A stretch of DNA of 64,000 nucleotides from Thiobacillaceae bacterium (GTDB lineage Bacteria > Pseudomonadota > Gammaproteobacteria > Burkholderiales > Thiobacillaceae): positions 1,925 through 65,924 of the forward strand of contig JBKQNQ010000145.1 of NCBI GenBank assembly GCA_052145875.1, given 5' to 3'. Positions 39,946 through 49,448 of the stretch are shown piece by piece. Position 1 is the first letter of the stretch. Each line of letters starts with the position of its first letter. A model generated the notes under the pieces. That model was not told the DNA's origin, ran no database searches, and worked only from the letters and a program-made list of their open reading frames with translations. Made by a program: the position numbers and the translations under genes.

Positions 39946-41082
39946 TTCGCCCAAGCTATTTCAATTGGCGGATGAAATTGGCAAGGCTAACTATTTCTAC
40001 CCGACTTGTATCTATAACCGATGGTCTAGTGCAGATGTCCTAGGGGGCGAAGGCGCGCCCTTATACGGTACGCGAACTCCGGTGCAGAAAGTGCCCAGAC
40101 TTAACTAGCCGGGCCAAGAGATGTCTGCGCTGCGAGCGGCGGAGGCACGTCCTCGATGGAACGCGCAGTGCTCCGCGTTCGCGATGGCATCTCGCGGTGC
40201 CAAAAGGTTTCTTCTCATCCCCGACTTGGAGGTGGTTCGAGGGCCCGGACTAACCCAAGGGGCGCTCTGCCTTAAGATGACGGCGTAGCAGGCCGACCTG
40301 CGCGACAAACCGGTTCGGTCTGCGAAGGTCGTCGCGAGCGCTGGAAGATCCATTTCATGGTCTTCGTGCCGAGACCGGGATTCGGAGGCCGTCGATGCGG
40401 TCTTTCGCGCGCAGCCGGAACCAACGTATTATCATGGGGCGCTTGCTACGGGCCCAAGAGGGGGTTTCCGAAATTCCGATGGCCAAGCCAGCGAAGGACC
40501 GGATGTCGAGCTCAGGACTACAGGAAGTGGAATTTCCCAGGGCGTGAATGGAACCGGCTGAGGAGCGGCCCGGACTGAGGTGTCATTCGCCAAAATAAAT
40601 GGGCCAAAAAAGGTCTGACAGGAGATGCCGCTTCGGTGGGTGGGGAGGGCCACAGCCCGTTCAACCGAATTCCGGCAATACGATACGATGATGCAATGAA
40701 AAAAGGCGCGTGGTGACTCCGACGAATAACGTACTCCTGAATCTCCGATGGACACACCGCGGCAGGGCCGCCCGGGCCCCGGCGATCCATTCGGCTGGCC
40801 GCTCGAATCCACGAGGCGGCCTTCCCAGGGGTCTGCTCGCAGAGTGGGGCAACCCAGTTACGATCCGGAGCCTGTTGAATTTGGTTTGCGCGGTCACTGC
40901 CGCCGCGCGTCAACCGCCACGACCGCACGGCATACGTATAATCAATCCTCAAATTGGCAGCGACATGGCCGCCGTTCGGGAGGTTCACCGTTGAAATCCT
41001 ACTCAGAAGGCCGCTTGCGCTGGACACTGGGCGGGCATCCTGCCGGTAAACCTCGCGTTGGGTTGGTACAAAAGGTGGCGAA
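39946..41082. other. 1.1-kb ORF-free GC-rich interval; candidate large non-coding RNA, long leader or decayed gene
   Basis: All ORFs of 60 aa or more here are Arg/Pro/Gly/Ser-rich shadow-type. There are many stable hairpins. A TATAAT hexamer sits at 40937-40942. Confidence 0.3.
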
Positions 41083-42696
41083 TTGACCTCTGCCACTCGC
41101 ACCCGAGCGGGACTCGTCCTCCTTTGCTTTGCCTTGATCTTGCCGGGATTGATTGGCCACGTGCCCTGGAAGGGAGCTGACGGCGATACGTTTGCCGCCC
41201 TGATCTGGGCCCAGCACAGCCACGACTGGCTCGTCCCGACGGTGGCTGGTTCCATCGATCTCAGCGATGGCCCGCTCTACACCTGGCTGGCCGGAATGCT
41301 TTCCGCGGTGTTCTCTGCAGTGCTTCCCGAATATGATGCCGCGCGACTTACCACTGGCTGCTCGGTGGCACTCGCCGCTTGGCTGCTGGGGCTCACGGCC
41401 CGAAGGTTGTACGGTGAAGAAGCGGGCTGGGCCGCGGCATTAATGCTGCTTGGAAGCGTGGGTCTGTTATTGCCCGGGCACAGCATGAATTCCCATGTCA
41501 TCGCGCTAGCCGGCACGTCCGCCGTACTCTTCGGCCTCGCGGATTTGCCGACCAGTCCGCGACGGGGAGGGTCCATCACTGGGCTGGGTTTGGCAGCGAT
41601 GGGACTATCCACGGGCTGGCTTGAACCCATTGCGCTGCTGCCGCTAATCGTGATACTGCCGGCCGCGATTGCGGACTATCGTGCCCCGGTGGCGCGGCGC
41701 AGCATCGCTTATTTGTTGGTGTGCGGATTGTTTCCTCTCGTGTGGTGGCTGGGAGTCCTGTATGTGCAGGAAGGACACTTGCTCGATGCCTGGTGGAGGG
41801 AAACCAGCCAGCAGCTGGTGTTTGCATCGTCGGAGCAAGATGCCTATCACCCGGGCTACATTTCAAGAAACCTCCTGTGGTTCGCCTGGCCGGCTTGGCC
41901 GGTCGCGATCTGGGCAGTGTATCTCGCACGCAAGCGGCTGTGGACTCGAGCCGCGTTGATGCCAGTCTTGGTCGCGTTGTTGCCATTTGTGGCGCTGACC
42001 CTAACGGTTCACCCGGATGCGGTGTCGATGATGCCGCTGCTCCCCCCTATTGCGTTGCTTGGTGGCGCAGGCCTGCTGGGTCTGCGTCGCGGTGCCGCTA
42101 ATGCCTTGCTTTGGTTTGCGGTTGCTGTTTTCAGTTCTCTTGCCCTGCTGTTTTGGGCGTATTTCACCGCGTGGCAGTTTGGCAGTCCCGCCGTTTTTGC
42201 GCGGAAACTAGCCAAACTTGGGGTTGCACGCCCGGAAGAAATTCATTATTGGAAGATCACGTTCGGCGCCCTGATCACGCTCGCCTGGTTTGCGCTTACA
42301 CCCAAGATCAAGCGCAGCGCCATACGGCCCATACTCATCTGGGTGCTGGGGATGAGCTTTGTCTGGTTGCTGTTGACCGGGTTGCTGTTAAGCGTCGTGG
42401 ACCGCCAGCTGGGTTACGCGGTGATGGCGTCCCAAGTGAAGAATGAAACTGGCGCCACGTCGTGCGTGACAACACGCGGTATGCCACCGACCCAGCGTGC
42501 GCTCCTTAGCTACCATACCGGCATCGATTTTGGACCACTGAAGACAAGTTGCGAGTGGCTGATGATTTACAATAAACGCCACCGGGAAATGCCTCCCGGA
42601 ACCGAGTGGGTGAAGCGATGGGATGGTGCCCGGCAGGGTGACCGCAATGAACACTTCTGGCTTTACCAAAAAGGCGGCGGAAAGAAATCGGCCTGA
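41083..42696 (+). CDS. Polytopic membrane glycosyltransferase, GT39/GT83 (ArnT/PMT-like)
   Basis: 537 aa with more than 10 predicted TM helices and ArnT-like topology. TTG start preceded by AAGGTGG. Confidence 0.75.
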   Translation: MTSATRTRAGLVLLCFALILPGLIGHVPWKGADGDTFAALIWAQHSHDWLVPTVAGSIDLSDGPLYTWLAGMLSAVFSAVLPEYDAARLTTGCSVALAAWLLGLTARRLYGEEAGWAAALMLLGSVGLLLPGHSMNSHVIALAGTSAVLFGLADLPTSPRRGGSITGLGLAAMGLSTGWLEPIALLPLIVILPAAIADYRAPVARRSIAYLLVCGLFPLVWWLGVLYVQEGHLLDAWWRETSQQLVFASSEQDAYHPGYISRNLLWFAWPAWPVAIWAVYLARKRLWTRAALMPVLVALLPFVALTLTVHPDAVSMMPLLPPIALLGGAGLLGLRRGAANALLWFAVAVFSSLALLFWAYFTAWQFGSPAVFARKLAKLGVARPEEIHYWKITFGALITLAWFALTPKIKRSAIRPILIWVLGMSFVWLLLTGLLLSVVDRQLGYAVMASQVKNETGATSCVTTRGMPPTQRALLSYHTGIDFGPLKTSCEWLMIYNKRHREMPPGTEWVKRWDGARQGDRNEHFWLYQKGGGKKSA

Positions 42697-43265
42697 TGTT
42701 TGACGATCCGTTCCCCGTTACCGCCATTGTGCTGGCAGGAGGCCGTGGCGTCCGCGTGGGCGGGCGGGATAAAGGGCTGCTGCAATTTCGGGGCAAGGCG
42801 CTTGTCGATCACGTTATCGAGCGGCTCTCCCCTCAGGTGGAAGAACTGCTCATCAGCGCCAATCGTAATAGCGAAGACTATGCTCGGCGTGGGTACCCGG
42901 TTTTATCAGATTCGTTGCCGGATTTTTGCGGTCCGCTGGCGGGAGTGTTGGTCGGCCTTGAAAAGGCACGGTTTGAGTGGTTGGTGACGAGCCCATGCGA
43001 TACGCCGCTGCTGCCCGGGAATCTCGTGGATCAACTCTGTCGCGCGCGGGGCAAATCTCTTGCCGTGGTGGCGAAAGGCCCACATCGCACTCACTTTACC
43101 AACCTCTTGCTCCACAAGGACCGGATGCCCGCTCTCAACGCGTATCTGGAACGCGGCGGGCGCAGTGTCAGAGGGTTTCTGGATGCGGTAGGCGCGACCA
43201 CTGCCGAATTTCCAGATGAAACGGCGTTCTCTAATTTCAATGATGAGGCCCAATTTGAGGTTTGA
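42696..43265 (+). CDS. mobA: Molybdenum cofactor guanylyltransferase MobA
   Basis: 189 aa with the LAGGRGVRVGGRDKGLL nucleotide-binding motif. TGATG overlap with the upstream gene. Confidence 0.9.
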   Translation: MFDDPFPVTAIVLAGGRGVRVGGRDKGLLQFRGKALVDHVIERLSPQVEELLISANRNSEDYARRGYPVLSDSLPDFCGPLAGVLVGLEKARFEWLVTSPCDTPLLPGNLVDQLCRARGKSLAVVAKGPHRTHFTNLLLHKDRMPALNAYLERGGRSVRGFLDAVGATTAEFPDETAFSNFNDEAQFEV

Positions 43266-44349
43266 TCGTGCGACGGACATCGCGGCTTGGGTTGTGATGT
43301 CGAGTATGCTGTTTGGCGCAAGCGGCACCGTATTCGCCAAGAAGCAAAGCCATGCCAGCGAGACAAAGTCGCCCACGGTAGAAACTTACGCGGCTCGGCC
43401 CGAGGTTGAGGCATTTGCCCAGGAAGTGGCAGGGCAGGGGCTGGATGCAACATTTGTTATCGCAACCCTGCACCAGGCCCGAAAGATCGAAGCGGTAAGA
43501 GATGCGGTGAGGCCGGCGCCGGATGGCGCACGCAAGAACTGGCAGGCATACCGGGCGCGCTTTGTTGAACCCGGACATATCCAGGCAGGCCTGCGCTTTT
43601 GGCTGGAGCACAAGGCAGAATTGGCCAATGCGACAAAGCAGTATGGGGTTCCTGAGTCCGTCATTCTCGGGATTTTGGGTGTCGAGACCGAATATGGTCA
43701 GAACATCGGCAAGTATCGCGTGGTCGATGCGCTCGCGACGCTTGCCTTTGATTATCCCGCCGACGGCAAGGATCGCGAGGCGTATTTTCGTACCCAGCTG
43801 GCGGCATTCTTCCATTGGTGCGTCGAATCCCATTGCACGCCGCTTGAGGTGTATGGGTCCTCTTCCGGAGCGCTTGGGATGCCACAGTTTATGCCAGAGA
43901 ACATTGACAAATACGCCGTTGATTTCGATGGCGATGGCCGGGTCGATTTGCAAAGTCCCGCCGACGCCATTGGATCGGTCGCCCGGTTTCTCTCGATGCA
44001 TGGCTGGACCCCCTATTTGTCGCCCACCTTTTCGGCGGATTTGAGCGGCGCACAGCTCGAAGCTTTACTCGCACCCGACATCGTCCCGACGTTCTCATAC
44101 TGGCAGCTCCAGGCGCGCGGTGCAAAACTACTCGAGCCGCTGCCCCCCTGGGAGAAATTTGCGGTGGTGGAGTTGCAGAACGGCAAAGACCCCAGTTCCT
44201 ATTTCATCGGCAGTCAAAATTTCTTTGTCCTCACCCTCTATAACGCTTCTGCCTATTATGCAAAAGCCGTTCTGGATCTGGGTAGCGAGGTAAAGAATGC
44301 GTATCGGGCGTTACCGCCAGATACGACAAGCGCGCGGGACAGAAAATAG
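43216..44349 (+). CDS. mltB: Lytic murein transglycosylase B
   Basis: Catalytic region ILGVETEYGQNIG and MltB-family sequence. The start is uncertain: 43216, 43240 and 43243 all overlap the mobA end. Confidence 0.88.
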   Translation: MKRRSLISMMRPNLRFDRATDIAAWVVMSSMLFGASGTVFAKKQSHASETKSPTVETYAARPEVEAFAQEVAGQGLDATFVIATLHQARKIEAVRDAVRPAPDGARKNWQAYRARFVEPGHIQAGLRFWLEHKAELANATKQYGVPESVILGILGVETEYGQNIGKYRVVDALATLAFDYPADGKDREAYFRTQLAAFFHWCVESHCTPLEVYGSSSGALGMPQFMPENIDKYAVDFDGDGRVDLQSPADAIGSVARFLSMHGWTPYLSPTFSADLSGAQLEALLAPDIVPTFSYWQLQARGAKLLEPLPPWEKFAVVELQNGKDPSSYFIGSQNFFVLTLYNASAYYAKAVLDLGSEVKNAYRALPPDTTSARDRK

Positions 44350-44361
44350 GGAGAGCGGTGC

Positions 44362-45603
44362 CTAAAGCGCCTCGGCCAGCAACTCGATCCAATGCCTGAC
44401 CGGCACTGGCGTCCCCGATTGCAGATGTGCCAGGCAACCGATATTGGCAGTGGCGATGACCTCGGGTTCTTGGGACAGCAAAAACCCCAGTTTGCGATCT
44501 CTGAGCCGCATCGCAATGCCGGGCTCGAGCAATGAATAGGCGCCTGCCGAGCCGCAACAGAGGTGGGATTCCATCGGCGGTTGCACGTCATACCCCGCCG
44601 CAGTGAGCAGCGTCTCCACGACGCCGTTGATCTGTTGCCCGTGCTGCAGCGTACACGGGGCGTGCCAAGCGACGTTCAGCGGTTCGGTCCGGGCGGCGGC
44701 CTTCAATCGCTCCAGCAAACGGTTTCGTTCGGCAAACACGATTTCCGCAATATCCTTGGCGAGCCTGGCGATATGTTCGGCTTTCTTGGAATAGGTAGGG
44801 TCATCCGCGAGGTAGTGGCCGTAGTCCTTGACCGTGACCCCGCAGCCTGAGGCAGTCGTGACAATCGCTTCTGCGCCTGCCTGGACATGGGGCCACCACG
44901 CGTCGATGTTGCGGCGCATCGCGTCGCGTCCCTGCTCTTGGTAGTTGAGGTGAAAACTCACTGCCCCGCAACACCGTGCCCCGTCTGCTGCCATCAGCTC
45001 AATCCCCAAGCGCTGCAGAACCCTCGCTGCGGCGGCATTGATTTGTGGGGCCAAGGCGGGCTGCACGCAGCCCTGCAGCACGACCATCTTGCGGGAAAGC
45101 GTACCGTTCGCTGCGGTCGTCTTTATCAGCGGCGACGCGAGCACATTCGGAATCTTTGCTCGCAAGTGGGTTGGCAGCAGCGGCCGCACCAAGCGGCCAA
45201 CTTTGAGCAGCGCACTGAATCGTCCTGGCCGTGGCAAAACTTGGTTTAGGGCTGCACGCTTCACCCGTTCGAGCAACGGCCGAACGACCTGTTCTTCTGC
45301 CCTATGGCGACCGATGTCAAGGAGCTTGCCGAAGCGGACACCCGATGGGCAGGTGGTCTCGCAACTGCGACACGTCAGGCAGCGGTCCAGATGCGTAAGC
45401 GTTTTGTGAGAGACTGCCATGCCCTCGAAAAGTTGTTTCATAAGGTAAATTCGCCCCCGCGGCGAATCCAGTTCATTGCCCAGAATCTGATAGGTTGGGC
45501 ACGTTGCAAGACAAAATCCGCAATGCACGCAGGTACGCAGAATGGCTTTCGCCCTTTGGTCCTCCACCGAATCGCTCGCTGCGTCGGGCAATTGGGTTTG
45601 CAT
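44362..45603 (-). CDS. glcF: Glycolate oxidase iron-sulfur subunit GlcF
   Basis: 413 aa with two CxxCxxCxxxCP ferredoxin motifs (CVHCGFCLATCP, CLTCRSCETTCP) and CCG domains. Confidence 0.93.
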   Translation of the reverse strand: MQTQLPDAASDSVEDQRAKAILRTCVHCGFCLATCPTYQILGNELDSPRGRIYLMKQLFEGMAVSHKTLTHLDRCLTCRSCETTCPSGVRFGKLLDIGRHRAEEQVVRPLLERVKRAALNQVLPRPGRFSALLKVGRLVRPLLPTHLRAKIPNVLASPLIKTTAANGTLSRKMVVLQGCVQPALAPQINAAAARVLQRLGIELMAADGARCCGAVSFHLNYQEQGRDAMRRNIDAWWPHVQAGAEAIVTTASGCGVTVKDYGHYLADDPTYSKKAEHIARLAKDIAEIVFAERNRLLERLKAAARTEPLNVAWHAPCTLQHGQQINGVVETLLTAAGYDVQPPMESHLCCGSAGAYSLLEPGIAMRLRDRKLGFLLSQEPEVIATANIGCLAHLQSGTPVPVRHWIELLAEAL

Positions 45604-45605
45604 AG

Positions 45606-46658
45606 TCAGAATTGTGGGTACAGGCGGCGGAGATTAAGAATGCCAGCAGGGTCAAACTGAGCTTTTATCCGACGGTGATATTTCAGCAATTCCCCGGAAA
45701 GGGGGTGAAATGCCTCGGCCGATTTGTCCTCGGCGCGGAATAGCGTGGCGTGACCACCCGCCGCTGCGACGACAGTGCGTATGGCCTCGGCCTGCATGGA
45801 CGACTTGAGCCAGCGCTGTGCGCCCCCCCAAGTAAGCGCTTGCTTTCCCTGTAAAGGCAAGGGTAGCGTGGTAGAGGGAACCGACAATCGCCACAGGGGG
45901 AGACCACTTGAGGAAAAGAATGCGGCAGTCTGTTCCTTGGCGGCTTGCCAGAATTCACGACCGTGTTCGCGAACTTCCCCGCCGAGTTTTACATGCGCCG
46001 CGCGCACCGCTGCCTCTGCGCCCGACAGGCGGACAAGAAGTGCGCCGCTGACCCAGGCTGACGCTGAGATCGGGAGAGGTTGGCCCGCCCAGCGGTTCAT
46101 GGTCTCAATGGCATGGACTTCATCCATTTCAAACTGTAAGGTCTGCTCGGTATCCGGCTTTGGCAATACCTTAAGCGAGGCTTCCATGATCACACCGAGT
46201 GTGCCAAGCGCGCCCACCATGAGACGCGAAACATCGTAGCCGGCCACGTTCTTCATGACCTGGCCGCCAAATGTGAGCAGTCGTCCCTGCCCGTCGAGGA
46301 TCTTCACGCCTAGCACCATATCGCGCGCGCTACCGCTATGGGGGCGACGTGGGCCGGAGAAGCCGCAGGCTAATGTGCCGCCTAGGGTTGCGGTCGTGCC
46401 ATAGTGGGGTGGCTCGAAAGCCAGTATCTGCCGGTGCCTGTCAAGTAACGCCTCGATATCTGTCAGCAGGGTCCCGGCCATCGCAGTCAATACCAGTTCG
46501 CCGGGTTCGTAGCTGATGATCCCGCTGTGGGCTGAAAGATCCAGCACCTCACCCGTCAGCGGCCCACCATACCAATCCTTGCTTGCGCCCCCACGAATGC
46601 GGAGCGGAATGCGCGCAGCATGGGCTTCACAGATGCGGTCGCTGATTTCCCTTAGCAT
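45606..46658 (-). CDS. glcE: Glycolate oxidase FAD-binding subunit GlcE
   Basis: 350 aa with an FAD-binding PCMH-type domain, positioned between glcD and glcF. Confidence 0.9.
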   Translation of the reverse strand: MLREISDRICEAHAARIPLRIRGGASKDWYGGPLTGEVLDLSAHSGIISYEPGELVLTAMAGTLLTDIEALLDRHRQILAFEPPHYGTTATLGGTLACGFSGPRRPHSGSARDMVLGVKILDGQGRLLTFGGQVMKNVAGYDVSRLMVGALGTLGVIMEASLKVLPKPDTEQTLQFEMDEVHAIETMNRWAGQPLPISASAWVSGALLVRLSGAEAAVRAAHVKLGGEVREHGREFWQAAKEQTAAFFSSSGLPLWRLSVPSTTLPLPLQGKQALTWGGAQRWLKSSMQAEAIRTVVAAAGGHATLFRAEDKSAEAFHPLSGELLKYHRRIKAQFDPAGILNLRRLYPQF

Positions 46659-46744
46659 TTCTTACGAGGCTGAATGGCGGACCCCAACGATGACGCTTGA
46701 GCGCATCTCGATGGTGTGGCTGGGACGAATGTGCGTCACTGACA

Positions 46745-48199
46745 TCAAAACCTTGGCAATTCGGGAAACGGGATTTTGCCGCCCCTTACATGCATGGCGC
46801 CATATTCTGCGCAACGATGTAATGTGGGTATGGCCTTACCGGGATTGAGCAAGGAATCGGGATCAAAGCATGCCTTGATGCCAAAAAAACTATCCAGTTC
46901 CGCACGCGGGAATTGCACGCACATCTGGTTGATTTTTTCGACACCCACGCCGTGTTCGCCGGTGATGGTACCGCCATGCTTGACGCACAATTCCAATATG
47001 TCAGCCCCAAAACATTCCACCCGTCTCCACTCCCCGTCGATATTGGCGTCATACAGAATCAACGGATGGAGGTTACCGTCACCCGCATGGAACACATTGG
47101 CTACCGGCAGATTGTAGCCACGCGAAAGTTTCGCGATCTGAGCGAGTACCGCCGACAGTTCGCTCCGCGGAATCGTGCCGTCCATGCAATAGTAGTCCGG
47201 CGCAAGCCGCCCTACTGCGGGAAACGCGGCTTTACGTCCGGCCCAGAACTGCTTTTGCTCGGTTTCGTCACGCGCTGTGCGCACCGAGGTTGCGCCCGCC
47301 GCGATAAGGAGATCGTGGGTGCGCTTTACCTGTTCGGACACTTCCTCGTTCGTGCCGTCGACCTCGACCAGGAGCAGGGCTGCTGCATCAAGCGGATATC
47401 CGGCATGGGCATAGGCCTCCGCCGCTTGGATGGCGAGCTTATCCATCATTTCGAGGCCGGAAGCGAGGACGCCGCTCGCGATGATGACCGAGACCGCCGT
47501 GCCCGCTTTGCCAACGTCGTCGAAGCCGGCAAGCATTACCTGAGTGCGCTCCGGTTTGGGCAGGAGCTTTACGGTGACTTCCAGTGTGATAGCCAGCATG
47601 CCTTCGCTGCCATTAAGCAATGCGAGGAGGTCATAGCCCGGGCTGTCAAGGGAATGGGATCCAAATTCGATTTCCTCGCCGTCTATGGTGAGCCCTCGAA
47701 CCTTTAGTACGTTGTGTACGGTTAGCCCGTATTTCAGACAGTGTATGCCGCCCGAGTTCTCCGCCACGTTTCCGCCAATGGTGCAGGCAATCTGCGAGGA
47801 CGGATCGGGCGCGTAATACAGCCCATGCGGTGCGGCCGCGTCAGATATGGCGAGATTGGGTACGCCGGGTTGCACCCGCGCAATGCGAGCCAGCGGATCT
47901 ATCTCCAAAATCTGATTGAACTTGGTCAGGGTGAGCAGCACACCATTCTCGACCGGCAGGGCACCTCCGGAAACACCGGTACCCGCGCCACGCACGACAA
48001 GCGGCACCCGGTTCTCGCGACAGAGGTTGACGATGGCTTTGATCTGGTGTTCGGTCTCCGGCAGGCACACAACGTCCGGCGTCTGACGGAAGGCGGTCAA
48101 GCCATCTGTCTCAAACGGCTTCACGTCCTCGCGTGCCAACAGCAGGCAATGCGGCGGGAGGACGCTACGCAAACGACGAATGAAACCGGATGAGATCAT
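46745..48199 (-). CDS. glcD: Glycolate oxidase subunit GlcD
   Basis: 484 aa; FAD-linked oxidase sequence typical of GlcD. Confidence 0.95.
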   Translation of the reverse strand: MISSGFIRRLRSVLPPHCLLLAREDVKPFETDGLTAFRQTPDVVCLPETEHQIKAIVNLCRENRVPLVVRGAGTGVSGGALPVENGVLLTLTKFNQILEIDPLARIARVQPGVPNLAISDAAAPHGLYYAPDPSSQIACTIGGNVAENSGGIHCLKYGLTVHNVLKVRGLTIDGEEIEFGSHSLDSPGYDLLALLNGSEGMLAITLEVTVKLLPKPERTQVMLAGFDDVGKAGTAVSVIIASGVLASGLEMMDKLAIQAAEAYAHAGYPLDAAALLLVEVDGTNEEVSEQVKRTHDLLIAAGATSVRTARDETEQKQFWAGRKAAFPAVGRLAPDYYCMDGTIPRSELSAVLAQIAKLSRGYNLPVANVFHAGDGNLHPLILYDANIDGEWRRVECFGADILELCVKHGGTITGEHGVGVEKINQMCVQFPRAELDSFFGIKACFDPDSLLNPGKAIPTLHRCAEYGAMHVRGGKIPFPELPRF

Positions 48200-48230
48200 G
48201 GAGCGAATGGGCGCAATCGGTTAATTCTAA

Positions 48231-48256
48231 CCCGTTCACCCCGGGAGGTGAACGGG
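48231..48256. promoter_or_regulatory. Perfect 10-bp inverted repeat CCCGTTCACC-N6-GGTGAACGGG in the divergent glcD / AI-2E promoter region
   Basis: Read from the sequence, 32 nt upstream of the glcD start codon. No T-run. Candidate operator. Confidence 0.3.
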
Positions 48257-48414
48257 ACAGCAACAGGGGCATCACGCTACCGCCAAGCGGTTCGACCAAG
48301 TTGTACGGGCCAGTGCTTGCGTGCCTCCAGCGCGAACGCGGCGGCGATAATCCTCACAACCTGGGGTACCATGCGTGGATATAAGGTCAAGGCACGAAAA
48401 TCATACAGGATCAC

Positions 48415-49428
48415 ATGGACACAAGGCGCGCACTTGCTTACAACATTGCAGGCTGGATTTTAATGGGCCTGGCATTAATCTATGTCTTGTTCATGCACCT
48501 GCTGGCCGCGCTATTTGCAGGTTTGCTGGTGTATGAAGTGGTGTCGTTGCTGGCACCGAAATTTACCTCGGGGCGTCTGTCACACAGCCGCGCAAAGATT
48601 GTGGTGGTCGCGCTGATCTCGGCGACCGTCCTGGGGCTGCTTATTGCGGTCGTCGCCGGTGTGGTTGCTTATTTTCGCACGGGGAGTGACCTGTCCGGCC
48701 TGCTGGCCAAAATGGCAGAAATTGTTGCGACCTCCCGCAATCTGCTGCCTGCGGCGGTTGCGCAATACTTGCCACAAGGCGATGAATCTCAGATCCGCGA
48801 GGCCATTGTCGAATGGCTGCGCACCCACGCCCAGGAAATCAAGGTGTTCGGTAGCAACGCAGGTCACGTGCTGGCAATGGTTGTGGTGGGGCTCATCATT
48901 GGCGCGTTCGTCGCCCTAAATGAGGGTCTGCCCGATCACAAGCTCGGGCCACTTGCGGCCTCGATGGTCGCCCGGGTGGAGAACCTGGGCATGGCATTTC
49001 GGCGGGTGGTCTTCGGGCAATTGCAAATTTCTGCGCTAAACGTGACGCTTACTGGCATTTATTTGTTTGTGGCCCTGCCATTATTCGGGGTGCATCTGCC
49101 TTTTGTCAAAACCATGGTCGCGTTAACTTTCATTGCGGGGCTGATGCCGGTGCTGGGCAACTTGGTTTCAAATACCGTGATCGTGGTCATCTCGTTGGCA
49201 CAGGGCATGTACGTGGCGGCCGCGTCGCTCTGTTTTCTGGTGGTGATTCACAAGCTGGAGTATTTTGTGAATGCGCGCATCATCGGCGGCCAGATCAAGG
49301 CGCATGCCTGGGAATTACTTATCGCCATGTTGGTGATGGAGTCCGCCTTCGGAATCCCCGGTGTCATTGCCGCCCCCGTCTACTATGCCTATATCAAGAA
49401 AGAGCTCTTGGACCGCAAACTCATCTAG
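48415..49428 (+). CDS. AI-2E family transporter (PerM/UPF0118)
   Basis: 337 aa with about 8 TM helices and typical family sequence. Confidence 0.88.
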   Translation: MDTRRALAYNIAGWILMGLALIYVLFMHLLAALFAGLLVYEVVSLLAPKFTSGRLSHSRAKIVVVALISATVLGLLIAVVAGVVAYFRTGSDLSGLLAKMAEIVATSRNLLPAAVAQYLPQGDESQIREAIVEWLRTHAQEIKVFGSNAGHVLAMVVVGLIIGAFVALNEGLPDHKLGPLAASMVARVENLGMAFRRVVFGQLQISALNVTLTGIYLFVALPLFGVHLPFVKTMVALTFIAGLMPVLGNLVSNTVIVVISLAQGMYVAAASLCFLVVIHKLEYFVNARIIGGQIKAHAWELLIAMLVMESAFGIPGVIAAPVYYAYIKKELLDRKLI

Positions 49429-49448
49429 GCGCAGATTGCGCCATTCGA

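Noticed and set aside
40797-40821. tRNA-like T-loop word TCGAATCC, and GGTTCGAGG at about 40235.
   Set aside because: No complementary T-stem, acceptor stem or anticodon arm can be drawn around either word. I found no tRNA gene anywhere in the window.
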